Below are positions 27,300 through 38,201 of a stretch of 63,193 nucleotides of DNA, one piece after another (within the stretch, counting starts at the first letter, position 1; each line of letters opens with the position of its first letter). Source of the DNA: Catajapyx aquilonaris (Eukaryota). Below the pieces are notes generated by a model. It saw only the letters and a list, made by a program, of their open reading frames with translations. It was not told where the DNA came from and did no database searches. Both the position numbers and the translations under genes were made by a program. The stretch is from contig KZ538543.1 in NCBI GenBank assembly GCA_000934665.2, forward strand, positions 1-63,193. Reading direction: 5' to 3'.

Positions 27300-30200
27300 T
27301 TCAGTTTTGAAGCAATATGGAATGTTATTCTAAAATTTATTACTGTTTATGATAAAATGTGGAAAATAGGTATTATAGGGTTCAATTAGTTCCGGCCACT
27401 TTATCCTGGTCTTGAAGCAACCCTTCACACACACCTTCTCACCGTGGGACCTGTGCGAAGGGTTGCTTCAAGACCAGGATAAATTGGCCAGAACTAATTG
27501 AACCCGATAGTATATAGGGTACATCTCCTTATTCAGGTCAAATAGTCTCAATTTTTGTGTGTTATAAAATACTGTGTTTCAAAGTAAATTTAGGCTGGGC
27601 TTGAATTTAGATTTCATTTAATTCTGCGATGAAATGCCATCGTGACAATTATTGTTTACAGTATGCAGAGGACTATTAACATCCAGTGCATGGAAAATAC
27701 TTATGTTTTCATTGCTCAAAGGCTCGAAGCAGCGATACTGATCTGCCACTTACATTCACAGAGAGTTCATCTCTGCTTTTGCACAATGGAAATATTTTGG
27801 CTTCCTTTTACGTTCAAGGCTATGTGACTCTTAATAGGTTTCTTGGAATGATAATTATCATAAGAACTGAACCTGAAGCCTGTCAGTTGAGTTAAGAAGG
27901 CTCGAGAATGCCTGTCAATGCCAATGTTGAATTCTATATTATGCATGGTTTCGCTTACTTGAGCCTAACACAAGAAGACACTGCAGTACTTATTAGTTTT
28001 TTTCTGAGAGACAGACATAATTAAACATGCCCCACTTAGTTAGCAGAAACAATGTTGATCTTTCAGATATCTGACAATGGCCTGAGCGGCTAAAATTAAT
28101 TTCTCAGTAGTTATTCACAAAAATGATATTCCCGGGATTGCCATTTATTTGCCTAGGGCCAAAAACTACGAATTAGGTCAATTACACATGACCTTATTTA
28201 ATATGCCTGCACCATGAAAGACATTGCTCCCTTCAATCACGAGCGACGTATTCGCTCGATGAGGTTACCATTTCCTCATCGGGCTCGTTATTCTCCAACC
28301 CAATTTCCTCCCAGGCTTTGCAACAGTTTTACTGCTTCGTGCTGTGACCTTCCCATGGGAAATACCATCTACAGTAACTCTATTCAATGAATTAATTTGC
28401 AACATAAAATTATTGTTGTTGTGCTTGTGTTGTTCGAGGGGTAATAATAGTCATTGCGACGTTGTGTATTTGCATTTTACAACAATCATGTTGTTTCTGT
28501 TCCTATGTTGTTGCTGTTGTTGTTGTTGTTGTTGTTGTTGAGCTTTTTAGAATTGCATTGTTAAGCTGTTGTAAAAATAATTATGAACAGACGCGTCAAT
28601 TCCAAGAGTTATTTACTTGAAATAGCCTGATGTAAGATGATAATATTTTTTTGCAACACCATGTATACGCTAGTACACCGTACTGTATACATCGTTAATA
28701 TACGTATATGTTATTGTGTAGACGTCTCAGAAACATACGCCAAAGCCTCATATTTCTCTCCTTTACGGCCCATTACTTGAGTAACTACTAAACTAATTTA
28801 AACTTGCCGAGTAATAAAAGACTATGAAGGGTCGACAGTGTAGTAGGTTTTATTCTCGTATGCTTCTGGAACGCCGTCTTATTGATTAGCAAAAGCTGTA
28901 GAGCGACATCATTTTACATGCCCTGTCTTATGTAACTGCATTATGACATAATAAATTATCATTATTATGACTGTTCACATCACATGACCCTCTACACAAT
29001 ATTACAGGGCTATTTTAATAATTACCCACAATATACATGTCTTATCAAAATTAGGATATCCACAGTCTAAATTTGGAAATGATAATAAAATAATGCTATA
29101 GCAATTACAGTAAGTTCGTCCATTTTTCTAATAGCGTTATGTTAATTTCTTACTTTAATCGCCTATGGCATGTGCTAAAATAATGTGAATCTGCGTCTAA
29201 TCACATTATTTGGAGAATTTCAGAGATAACACTGACTCATGGAACTACATTCAAAATCTTATTATGTATGGTACTGTATAGTATCGTGGTCTTCACCTTT
29301 GTGTTGTCGGGGAGCCCTTCTTTCTCTACAAAACGTTACTGGAACCCCTATTAAACCGTTTCATTTTTCAATTTCATTTTCAAGGGGTACTGCAGCATTG
29401 TACTTGTTCCACAGAACTAATAAGGCAGCCATTACCATAACATGCTCGTACAATATATTATTCACGAAGCTCTTCGGATAGGCCCGCTGAACCCAACTAT
29501 GGGTCCGCGGAGAACCCATTAAGACAAACATTAAGACCAATGCTTCACAACATTTGATTATCATCTGCCAGTTTTATTTTATGTTTTAGACCAGGCATCT
29601 TCCCAAAAAAACGGTTAAATATGTGAAAATCGCATTTAAAACATAGCTTAGAGACTATTTGCAAAATGGTTTCGGATTTTTAAGAATTCTGACATTTTTG
29701 CTGTCGATATTTATAAGCCTCCACCTGCACAATAACATTTTTGTTGGCACTTGTTGAACGGAATTTTTCTTCCGGAACCCCTTCATTTGCATACGAGCTT
29801 ATAAACCAAACTATCAAGATTGAAAATATGAAGTGTTCCTTATTAAATTAAATTCCATAAATAGACAGTTTTAATGGTATTTCTGGGCCTCTGCCTTTCT
29901 GAAAAAATTGCACATCAAGTGGAGAGAGTCGAGACCTATCAAGGCACATCGCAACGCAGACTATACGATGCAGCCAATATGCAACGTACTAAATGCAGCT
30001 TCCGAAAGTGTCTGGACAGCGCATGCTTTGGAAAAATGTGGCTCGAAAATTGCTTATTTATACATTCTAGGAAGAGGGTGATGAGGCTCGTGAAGAAGAA
30101 GAGATCGAGCTGAAACAAGAATTGCCGGCTGCAGCTGCTGCAGGGGCAGCGTCGTCTTCAGAGGGCGAAAGGGGCCACCATCGTCAATTAGACCACCAGA

Positions 30201-32665
30201 GAAGCAGGAGCGCTGACATCGACTTGGGCGCTTTGAGGTCAATCACTGATCGATACTTTTACTTACTTTTCCTCTGTCTGGCGACCAGACCTTGCCCAGT
30301 GTAGCGTGTGATAATATCAGGCTTTTGTGTGGCATTGATTATGGGCTGTCTGTCGTCTGGGACGTTGAGAAAGAGGAGGAGGAGACCTTTGTGAAAGGCC
30401 CCTTTGATCTATCAGGCGACCACGGAGCAGAGACAGCCTCCGGGAAGCAGGGGTCAAGGCGACCGACGCCGCCAGAGGGACTGCTCATCTCCCTGACGTG
30501 CTTTCCGGGGCCCAGAGTTTCTCCGGGGTCGCCCCAAAACCCGCACCCAGATCCAGGGACAAAGTAATCCGCCCAAAGGTAAGATGGCCTAGTGTTAAGG
30601 GGTGCTAGTTAAAAATAAGTGGAGGAGCCAGTGGCACGTCTGGAAAACCTACCCCTGACATAGACTGCTATATACCATAACTTTATTAGCAGCAGCATAT
30701 GGATTAGAGAGGTGTTGCATAGTATCCGTAATCCTCTTACAGGAAATATTAGGTAGCCATAATCCGGAACTAAAACATTTCGGCATTTAGTTAGGCAATC
30801 TTTAAAAATATCACGGGAGAGGAGTTAACTTTACCCAAAATCACATTGGAATTTGTCATATTGAATGCTTTTTTTTGGCATAGTGCGCAAAAGAAAGAAA
30901 TGTCGTGTCCGGCCGTGTCTGAGTGAAGAATCTTTATCGAACCAAAACGTAGCAGTAGCCTAGACTACCTTTTTGTCCTATACCACACATTTATCCAGCA
31001 AAATCATATTCTTGCCGCAGACCTTTCAATATTATCCATAAAACTTAGAACATGTCAGTACATGATGACGTTTGTGAAAATACAGCGTAAGTATTTGTGA
31101 CAAGCTGTCAGTTTAAGTTTTGGACCCAGCTCTCATCCCAGTCACGCTTCAGATTGTTTTGTTTCAGTTTAATTTAGGCTAATTATTGTAAAAAGGAATT
31201 TATGTTTTATCATTTCAGTGAATGATAGCCAATTATTACTTCCTATTTTTTGCTTTAATAGCGTGATGAATGGTTGTTCTTTTTGTAGCTGTGTCAAAGA
31301 TTATAGAATCTAATTTTCTAACAAAAATAGAGATTACATTCGAGGTGTAAAAATATGTGAAAATAATTGTGATATGAAAATAGTTTCCTTTTAAAATGCA
31401 AAATTACATTCACACGAGTGTGATTATGAACGCTTTAACTTTGTGATAAACACTCCATATTATTTACTACTACACCCATGTCATGGCTTAACCTATTGCT
31501 GTAATATCACGTAATACTGGTACTGTATAACCTCCTGAGACCCAGAGAAGAAGTGAGTGACGCAATGTTGCATTTTCTGAACATTTTGCCAATAAAAAAT
31601 GAGAAAAATTATAGTTCTAAAATATTGACAAAAATAATGACAAAGAACCAATGAGAACATTAGGACTAAATTGCTGCTACAAAAGCAGAATGGATGAAGG
31701 CTGAAAATTTAAATCAATTTAAATCAATATATTGAGAACCTGAGGTATCACCGGTGATACCAGGTAGCTGCTAAACTTGATTTCTTATCTAGTCGCGAGA
31801 TCAAAGTGAATTGTGGCTCATAACTAATCAAATATGATATTCGGATGTTACCTACCGTATACACTATATTCTGCGTTTACATCAAGGATGACAACATGTG
31901 GTACACAGTTATACTGCAGGCACAAAGAATCTGCTACCCTGATATGATGTTTTTGCAGCATTTCATTATGTATGCATTTGACCTGTCTGTTTAAGTTCAT
32001 TTATACTGTAGAAGGGTAGATGGAGGGGAAAACATATCTTTAGGCTGCACTTCCCTCCTCTCAAGGGTGGATGGAGAGGCTTATGTTCAATGTCGCAGTG
32101 AGACATTATCAGGCACGTATACATTTGTATTCCAGGTAGAGTACAGTATACCTTCGATATGGTTGGTCATATAGAGAAACCAACGTGTATGTAGGTTACC
32201 GCATTTACAGATCTCGCTTGACACACTGCCAACTATCCTGACAAGTGTACACCAGTTTCTGACAGAATCTGCTTGTCAACTGGTTGCGGATTGATTGCCT
32301 CCAGGTTTCCTCAGGCACAGTACAGTGGTTGCCAGAAGTTGCTACCCCTTCGGACAAGTGCATCTCCATCTGTCAATAACATAAAATAATGTCACGGGCT
32401 TATGTCAAGTAGATACGCCTGTGCCACAGTGTATCCGCCAAGTACGAGCCGGGCAGGAGAACCGTCGACTTACACCCTACATGGAACTCTTCTCTGTTGC
32501 AGTTATTGGGAGAGGGGGAACAAACGAGGCTATTCGACAATTTAACCATGTGATATCTAAAATGTGGCACCCATTCAGTATCAAATTCTTGCATACTTGC
32601 AAAGTATTCTGTATGGAAATTGCATTTTACGGTACCTCTAACTCTATGGTAAGAAAAATATTGTA

Positions 32666-32734
<69 letters not shown>

Positions 32735-35700
32735 TAAATAATAAATATGTTACATTTTTCACTGTAGGCGCCAGCAGAAGAGGAACAGCTGTTGTGCGCG
32801 TCTTCCGAGCCTGAACATTCACTACGAAGAGAAGATCTATCTGAGAAGATCCCTGGAATTCTTCCAAGTAAGAGCTATGAATGCCAGAATGCATGATTAT
32901 CACAAGCAAGTAGACCTTATCCTAAAACAATTCAGAATTACTCCTGCTCCCAAAATCCGCATGCCAAACACCATTAATTTTTTGTAGAGCTTCAACAACA
33001 GTGGAATGTTACAGATTTTTAAAATTATGCAATTCCAGGGTACATCCACGTTGTCGTCCATGATGTGATGACTAAGCTATGTTTTGATTATGTACGTCAT
33101 TTCTATTAATGAATTGATGAACATATTCATCAAACAATAGATTGAATAGAAAGAGAAGCACTTCTCAGATGGAGTGGCCAACTGATCTAGAGGTTATGGC
33201 TTTTCCTTTTGATTATTATTTTGGAACCACCCTGCATAAGCTTAAGGTGTATTCAAACGATGTGTCTTGGTAGCTCCAGGGAAATAGTATAGTATTGAGA
33301 AGGAATGAGATATTGTTTCAATTGTTGCTCAGAAATGCAACAACTCCGCCAGGCACTCTGTACAACCACAAGTGAATTATTGTTATTTGTACGTCATTTT
33401 GAGAACAACCTTTGTCCCAGTATATCACATAATGTCTAGTAAGTGAACGCTTCATTATTTTAGTTCATTCATAGTGTTATTTATGTTACTACGGGTCTTC
33501 TCTACGTGATATATCACGTAGAGAAAACCTGATAGGATGAGAAATATCTGATATCCTGACACGATGTCAGTAGTGGCATGTCAGGAGGAATGAGTATTTT
33601 TTGACGTGTTCCAGGTTTCCAGGAGTTGTGGGCGACGTTTCAGAGAGTGCAGAACTGTCTTCGAACATCAGCACCACAGTTGTGTGGTCAGTTGGAGAGT
33701 GTGTCCTCCATCCTCCGCAGCCCTCCCCTTCAGAGAGCTCTGCAGACGGCCCGCAGCGTGCGGCCCTTGCCCACTCCGCCTTCCGCACTCAGGAACAACT
33801 CTGCTCTCAAACTTCGCAGACAGGTAGTCTACAGTGAAGTACAGTGCCTGCCTTTGTTCAGTATTCATATATAGCCTAAGTACAAAATACGTAAGTTAGT
33901 GAAAGTATGTGGTATCCTATTATATAATACAAGTAATATTGACTTATTATTCATCCTACTGTATTCCTCATTTCCTGGAGAAATACTGTAAATTACGTTT
34001 GAACTCGCTTATGAATGAATATAATACAGTAGTACTGTAATTCCCGTAGAGTGGAGAGTAGATTATTGCTGTTTTTCCCTTAATTGTGAATATTTAATTT
34101 TATTAATTCATACAGTCGTAATTCTCTTTGAAAGGCCCTGGCAGCACTGGAAGGTTGTACTGTGGCTCAAGCTGCAGAACTGGCGGGTCTTCTAAGTCGA
34201 CTTGAGCTGGAAAGCGTCCTTGAAGCAGTAGACACAGTCCTAAAGCGACCCAGTCCAGTTCCAGTTAGTACTCCTGGCACGGACGGTGAACCAGAGTCTC
34301 CTCAAGAAGCACCAGGAGGAGTCCGTCTGGTCAGAATCGAAAAGAGTCACGAGCCTCTGGTAAGTACTTAGACCCTGAATCACTACCGTCCTGACTGAGG
34401 CTGTATACCAAAATTGCATTTTGTAGGGGGCAACTGTTCGCAACGAAGGAGAGGCAGTTGTAATTGGTCGAGTGCTAGCAGGCGGTTCAGCCCAGAGAAC
34501 AGGCCTCCTTCGGCCTGGAGATGAGATTTTAGAGGTGAATGGGGAGCGCCTTCGTGGACGATCTGTGCACGAAGTATGTGACATACTGGCTCGTATGAGC
34601 GGGACTTTAACCTTTGCCATAGTGCCAGCTGCGCCCAAACCACAGCCTCGTCCAGAAAGCCCGGTGAGTATTCCATAGGAATTGCAAAGCAAGCACTCAA
34701 ATCGAAAACGGTTATTGAAATTTTGGTAATACTTTCAGTTATTGGTGAGGGCGCTGTTCTCCTATAATCCTCTGGAAGATCCACTTCTTCCATGCCGGGA
34801 GCTGGGACTTCCATTCCAGAAAGGTCATGTTCTATGTATTTTGAATCGCGCTGATCCAAACTGGTGGCAGGCACGTAAGGAATCTCCTCCAGATGACGGA
34901 CCCATGCTGGCTGGACTTATTCCGAGTAGTGCTCTTCACGAACAGTAAGCGTGTATTACAGTAACTAAGAGGCTCATATTTTTTCATTGCTTATAATCTT
35001 ACATGGAGTATGAAAACTTTCAGCCGTGAAGCTGCAAAAAGAGCTCAAGGTGCATTGGAAGAGGCGGAAGCTGAAGGACGGTCCAGATCCCAAACACGAA
35101 GGGGAACTTTGTTGTGTGCCAAAACACCACAAAAACGCCGACGACGTCCATGTGACGAAGGTATAGCTGATCTACCTTTAAAAAATATATTTGACAGTCA
35201 TGTGGATGATACTAGTGGTCATTTGATGGAATTTTCTGGCCCATAAAACGGCCACAAAAGCAAAGTACTGTGCAGTACTACATGCCACGTGCTACAGGCT
35301 ATTGCATTTTACTCACAATAATATGTAACAATGATAAAGAATATACTCGTGTGTTTCAGAACTAGACGTGGAACTGCCAGCACCTGGTTACGAGGAAGTT
35401 GGCTTGATGCCCCCAGACCCATCACGGCACAGGCCAGTAGTACTCTTGGGACCTCCTGGTGCAGGAAGACACGAACTACGGCAGCGACTGCTTCGAGACC
35501 AACGTCGCTTTGCAGCTGCTGTACCCCGTAAGTGGAATATTACTCTCCTTATCCTTCTGTTTGGATCCTGCTTAATATGTGTACAATATTTCACTTTAGC
35601 CCGGTTATATGAACGCAAATTAAGGAAATATTCGTAATATGAAATTTTCCTTTAATTTGCGCCGATGCAACCGGACCTTAGTAGCCTACTGATATGTCAT

Positions 35701-36384
35701 TCACTGATGATATCGTATATCCGAATTCATTTTAAACAGACACAAGTCGAATGCAGAGAGAAGGAGAAGTTGATGGTCAAGATTACTACTTCGTGAGCCG
35801 CGTGCAATTCGAAGCTTTGGCTGGAGCAGGTCGGTTCGTAGAACACGGAGAATTTGAACGAAACTACTACGGAACCAGCTTGGAAGCTATTCGGAATGTT
35901 GTGCAAGCTAAGCGCACCTGCGTTCTCAACTTGCAACCTGCGGGGCTGGCCCTGCTAAGAGACTGTAGACCTCGAATGCGACCCTACGCGGTTCTAGTTG
36001 CACCCCCTTCACTTGACCGCCTGCGCCTGCTGAGATCCGACGCAAAGGCAAGTGTCCAGAACTTTTCTTGCTGATGGAATGGGCGAAAAGCTTATTTAAA
36101 AAATATATAATATTAACCATCTGGTCAATCAGCACTAATGGCTTTTGTTTGACCGCTGTTTTTTTAAATTTTTGCCACTGAATCGCATTTTTGTATGTTA
36201 TTAGGAAGAAGAGCTGGCGGAATTAGTGACTCGCTCTAGGGAACTGGAGCAAAAATATGGCCATTTGGTGGACCTTGTCCTGGTCAATGCTGATCCCGAG
36301 AGGACGTTCCACTTGTTGCTCAATGCCATTGAGCAGTTGGATACACAGGAGCAGTGGGTGCCGGTGTCATGGCTGAATGACTAA
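1346..36384 (+). CDS. sdt: Stardust/PALS1 (MPP5)-like MAGUK p55 protein, 5'-partial; join(1346-1455,6573-6630,6733-6869,12893-13105,30071-30237,30416-30578,32768-32867,33615-33823,34135-34359,34427-34663,34739-34944,35024-35160,35360-35527,35740-36047,36205-36384), about 871 aa in window
   Basis: All exons join in frame at AG acceptors and GT donors (one GC donor). PDZ VRLVRIEKSHEPLGATVRNEGEAVVIGRV...GDEILEVNG is Stardust-type. SH3 VRALFSYNP..DP.LPCRELGL.F..WWQA, GUK RPVVLLGPPGAGRHELRQRL / VPHTSR / EHGEFERNYYGTS, and C-terminus QWVPVSWL are all MPP-family. Linkage of the first four exons to the rest is less certain, and ortholog versus paralog status is untested. Confidence 0.85.
4776..5071. 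mobile_element. hAT-like MITE spanning an N gap
   Basis: TIR CAGGCGCGGATCCAG / CTGGATCCGCGCCTG; 8-bp TSD ATAGGGGA (4768-4775, 5072-5079). A related left end (CAGGGGCGGATCCAG) occurs at 48931. Confidence 0.85.
5269..5308. repeat. (GGA)n microsatellite
   Basis: Directly visible. Confidence 0.95.
6573..6630 (+). CDS. MAGUK exon: last PDZ strand (CIRSRTICLRVKRRSGNKL)
   Basis: cttttcag|TGC...CTAG|gtaagc. Phase 0 start matches the previous exon and completes the PDZ fold. Confidence 0.8.
6733..6869 (+). CDS. MAGUK exon (ALDLAQSSNVQDAFVIAVEQQAKERLERLSALRRIKPVDMTKLSHQ)
   Basis: Tandem tagcag acceptor, open frame, CAG|gtcaga donor; phases 1 to 0. Confidence 0.8.
7045..7166. mobile_element. Short palindromic MITE-like element
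   Basis: CCTCTAGAGACCCAATGTATAGTATGCTATACAT... is inverted as ...ATGTATAGCATACTATACATTGGGTCTCTAGAGG. Confidence 0.7.
9150..10665. mobile_element. Long-TIR foldback element (arms ~9150-9640 and ~10195-10665) interrupted by a SINE; boundaries approximate
   Basis: TGTCCATGGAAATTCATCGCTATTTCCATATTCCTTAGG... is the reverse complement of ...CCTAAGGAACATGGAAATAGCGATAAATTTCCATGGACA, with similarity running over about 450 bp. Confidence 0.8.
9730..10078 (-). mobile_element. tRNA-derived SINE, family A, copy 1
   Basis: Minus-strand head with A box TGGCCGAGATGG and B-box-like CTTCGATCC; (TAAA)n tail; 15-bp TSD GGTTGTGACCCATAC (9715-9729, 10079-10093); homologous to the copies at 38.6 kb and 51.8 kb. 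Confidence 0.9.
12893..13105 (+). CDS. MAGUK exon, Pro/Ser-rich (LSQEPSELSSLIESSPIYVTSV...PPPSPLPPAPAAPPPSP...DDQ)
   Basis: catccag|CTG...CAG|gtacag. 213 nt, phase 0-0, GC-rich island in an AT-rich intron. Confidence 0.75.
13258..13540. mobile_element. Inverted-repeat element with internal (CCTAA)n
   Basis: Ends CCTGCGGTCCAATACCTATGGGGACC / GGTCCCCAGAGGTAATGGACCACAGG; CCTAA array ~13317-13353; interior homologous to 24250-24591. Confidence 0.75.
17052..17649. mobile_element. Tc1/mariner-like MITE, almost wholly palindromic
   Basis: TA|CAGGGTGCATCAGAAGTCGGTG ... CACCGACTTCTGATTACACCCTG|TA; arms about 270 bp. Confidence 0.88.
17653..19285. mobile_element. ~1.6 kb foldback: ~500-bp inverted arms with a MITE at the centre
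   Basis: GGACAGGTAGATTCTC ... GAGAATCTACCTGTCC. Arms pair continuously inward (e.g. GTGCTGATACTACATCCCTTCCTGAACG / CGTTCAGGAAGGGATGTAGTATCAGCAC). Confidence 0.88.
18160..18765. mobile_element. pogo/Tigger-like MITE nested in the foldback
   Basis: TA|CAGTGAAACCTGTCTATAACGGACCC ... GGGTCCGTTATAGACAGGCTTCACTG|TA. Confidence 0.8.
23112..23172. repeat. (CT)n microsatellite
   Basis: Directly visible. Confidence 0.95.
23957..24218. mobile_element. Inverted-repeat element with internal (CCTAA)n, flanked by (CA)n
   Basis: CCTATCCTTGTGAGG (twice) versus CTCACAAGGATAGG / CCTCACAAGGACAG; CCTAA array ~24007-24029; CA tracts on both sides. Confidence 0.7.
24250..24591. mobile_element. Inverted-repeat element with internal (CCTAA)n
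   Basis: GTCTTGACTAAGGCGTGGGGACGGA / TCCGTCCCCACACCTTAGTCAAGAC; CCTAA array ~24309-24390. Confidence 0.8.
27212..27297. repeat. (AAT)n microsatellite
   Basis: Directly visible. Confidence 0.95.
27378..27505. mobile_element. Short hairpin MITE-like element
   Basis: GGGTTCAATTAGTTCCGGCCACTTTATCCTGGTCTTGAAGCAACCCTTC is inverted at 27457-27505. Confidence 0.7.
30071..30237 (+). CDS. MAGUK exon, acidic/Ala-rich linker (EEGDEAREEEEIELKQELPAAAAAG...DLGAL)
   Basis: ttctag|GAA...TTGAG|gtcaat; open frame, phase 0 to 2. Confidence 0.7.
30416..30578 (+). CDS. MAGUK exon, linker (RPRSRDSLREAG...APKPAPRSRDKVIRPK)
   Basis: tctatcag|G...AAG|gtaaga; phase 2 to 0, no stop codon. Confidence 0.65.
32666..32746. 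repeat. (TAA)n microsatellite just upstream of an exon acceptor
   Basis: Directly visible. Confidence 0.95.
32768..32867 (+). CDS. MAGUK exon, linker (APAEEEQLLCASSEPEHSLRREDLSEKIPGILP)
   Basis: actgtag|GCG...CCAA|gtaaga; phase 0 to 1. Confidence 0.65.
33615..33823 (+). CDS. MAGUK exon, degenerate L27N-like helical region
   Basis: ttccag|GT...CAG|gtagtc. FQELWATFQRVQNCL...QLESVSSILRSPPLQRAL has the L27N pattern and position. Confidence 0.8.
34135..34359 (+). CDS. MAGUK exon, L27C-like region and start of the canonical PDZ
   Basis: gaaag|GCC...CTG|gtaagt; AAELAGLLSRLELESVLEAVDTV...VRLVRIEKSHEPL. Confidence 0.9.
34427..34663 (+). CDS. MAGUK exon, Stardust-type PDZ core
   Basis: ttgtag|GGG...CCG|gtgagt; GATVRNEGEAVVIGRVLAGGSAQRTGLLRPGDEILEVNG. 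Confidence 0.95.
34739..34944 (+). CDS. MAGUK exon, SH3 domain
   Basis: tttcag|TTA...CA|gtaagc; VRALFSYNPLEDPLLPCRELGLPF...DPNWWQA...AGLIPS. Confidence 0.95.
35024..35160 (+). CDS. MAGUK exon, HOOK region
   Basis: tttcag|C...GAAG|gtatag; basic LLCAKTPQKRRRR. Confidence 0.85.
35360..35527 (+). CDS. MAGUK exon, start of GUK domain
   Basis: tttcag|AA...CCCC|gtaagt; YEEV...RPVVLLGPPGAGRHELRQRLL...FAAAVP. Confidence 0.95.
35740..36047 (+). CDS. MAGUK exon, GUK core (ends at a GC donor)
   Basis: aaacag|AC; HTSR...EVDGQDYYFVSR..FE...FVEHGEFERNYYGTS; AAG|gcaagt donor. Confidence 0.93.
36205..36384 (+). CDS. MAGUK terminal coding exon (EEELAELV...EQWVPVSWLND*)
   Basis: ttattag|GAA...TAA at 36382-36384; MPP-family QWVP.SW terminus. 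Not in the supplied ORF track. Confidence 0.93.
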   Translation, partial: EEELAELVTRSRELEQKYGHLVDLVLVNADPERTFHLLLNAIEQLDTQEQWVPVSWLND

Positions 36385-38145
36385 TTTGTCATTAGTGAGT
36401 TGCGGCGGCAAGAAAGAGCCGCATGCTCAAAACCGTCACACCCTATGGTTTAAGAAAGAATAATGCTGCCAAAGACGGGTTTTAGGCACCTTGTCCTTTA
36501 CCTCCAACAAGCAAACTATATGAGAATATTCAAATATAATATAAATAATATAATATAAATAAGATTAATAATAATAAATAAATAAATAAATAATACCAGC
36601 TCGCGGTGTGTGATAGCGCCGCAAGTGAAAGGAGTACAACTGCTGCCCCAATAAATGGTTACTGCCGAATTTACAATCTTATTTTCCTTGTGTCGTCTTG
36701 GGAATGGGGTTATCAAGCAATTTTTCTTTCTATACATAACCAGTAATGAAGGGGGGAAAACTTCAAAATTCTCCTCCATATACTTACTAAATCAAATTAA
36801 AATAGGAATGCTTTAGCCACACTAACAGCTTGTTGTAGCCGTCCAAAGGTGCATAATGTAAGGTACATGTACTTATTTGTGAGAAATTATTGTACAGCAC
36901 TTAGGAATCTTTATTAAAAATATTAAGTGTATTTTATTTATTTGTACTGTACCTCTTAACATTTTGGCATGAAAGTAGCAATTCCTAGCCTCAGATAATA
37001 TATGACTTTATGTGAATGTTTACGCATATGCACCCAAAATGCTGCATCAAAGGCATAGTAGTGTAGCTTTTAACTGTAGAAAAACATATACAAAAATCTT
37101 TTGTTATATACACGCTCACGTTAACAATATGCATGGTAATCTCTAAACTGTTTTAAGATTTTTTTACAAGACACTAATTGAAATGTGTTACTTGTCCCGT
37201 AATGTGACAGGAACAACTATAAATATCTGAACAAATCATGTACAAAAAATTTAGTACAACTTGAATAAACATTGAAACACATTTAACTAAATAACACTGC
37301 AAAATAACATTTTTATCATATGTATACGTTGATATTCTTGCTCTGAAGTCTACTTGAAGCATTAATTTTTATCATTGGAACCAGAGACATGATAGTTGTC
37401 ATCAGGAAAAGTGGTTTGTATATTATTAGCCATGGTAACCTGTTTCTATCCCTATAAAATGCACAATAATTTATTTCTGACACAAGTGCACTACATGCCC
37501 ATGCAGATATTACAGGCATACTGCTAATAACCAATATGTAGCATGTGAGTGTGCTTCTGCGTGGACAATATTATTCAAAAAAATAAGCATTACAAGCCCT
37601 AATCAAATCTGAGATATCTGGAGCATCTGGAGCTTACATAAGCAGGTGAAAAATGTGAAGGTAAGACGAAGGCGGAGCTCTTCTTCCCAAACTATGAGAC
37701 GTGAAGAAGGCATAGAGCTCATAGACCTCTAACCTCTCTTCCTCCCCTATCTGCATGGCATTAAAACATATTCCCGCCCATCGCAATCGAAAACTCTGCC
37801 AGAGAGGAAACTTACGCGTAAGTTACATTTTTCTTAAAATCTGAAGAATGACCTCTAAGACAACACCTCAATAACAAAATTGCATCTACGTAGTTGTTAT
37901 TTCAGCTACACTTGAGGATCTCCGGAACAAAATGGTCTTATAAGGGAAAAAATTCACATTTTTCTGGTCTGAGCAATAAAAGAATAAATCGTCCCCCCAC
38001 GTGAGTGTAATATTATCATGTGTATTATATTTCTCTTTGAAAATCTCGGTGGCTCTCATACTTACAGTTCGATTCCCACTGACAATTATCCCAAATGACT
38101 GTGCCATCTGTCTAAGCAATGAAGAAAATAAACATAACCTATCCC

Positions 38146-38201
38146 TCCCCCAAAAAGGGTAAAGTCCTCGAAAGGGGTTTCATAATAAATAAATAATAAA
38201 T
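38146..38201 (+). mobile_element. Severely 5'-truncated retro-insertion (3' end resembles SINE family A)
   Basis: 20-bp direct repeat AAATAAACATAACCTATCCC (38126-38145, 38202-38221) flanks CCCCCAAAAAGGG...GGGGT...(TAAA)n. Confidence 0.75.

Noticed and set aside
30292..30567. 91-aa ORF, or an alternative acceptor at 30321, as the MAGUK exon
   Set aside because: That frame stops at 30565, before the strong donor at 30579. The 30416 acceptor gives an open, phase-compatible exon.
34240..34874. 150-aa and 163-aa minus-strand ORFs
   Set aside because: Antisense shadows of GC-rich MAGUK exons with no recognisable domain.
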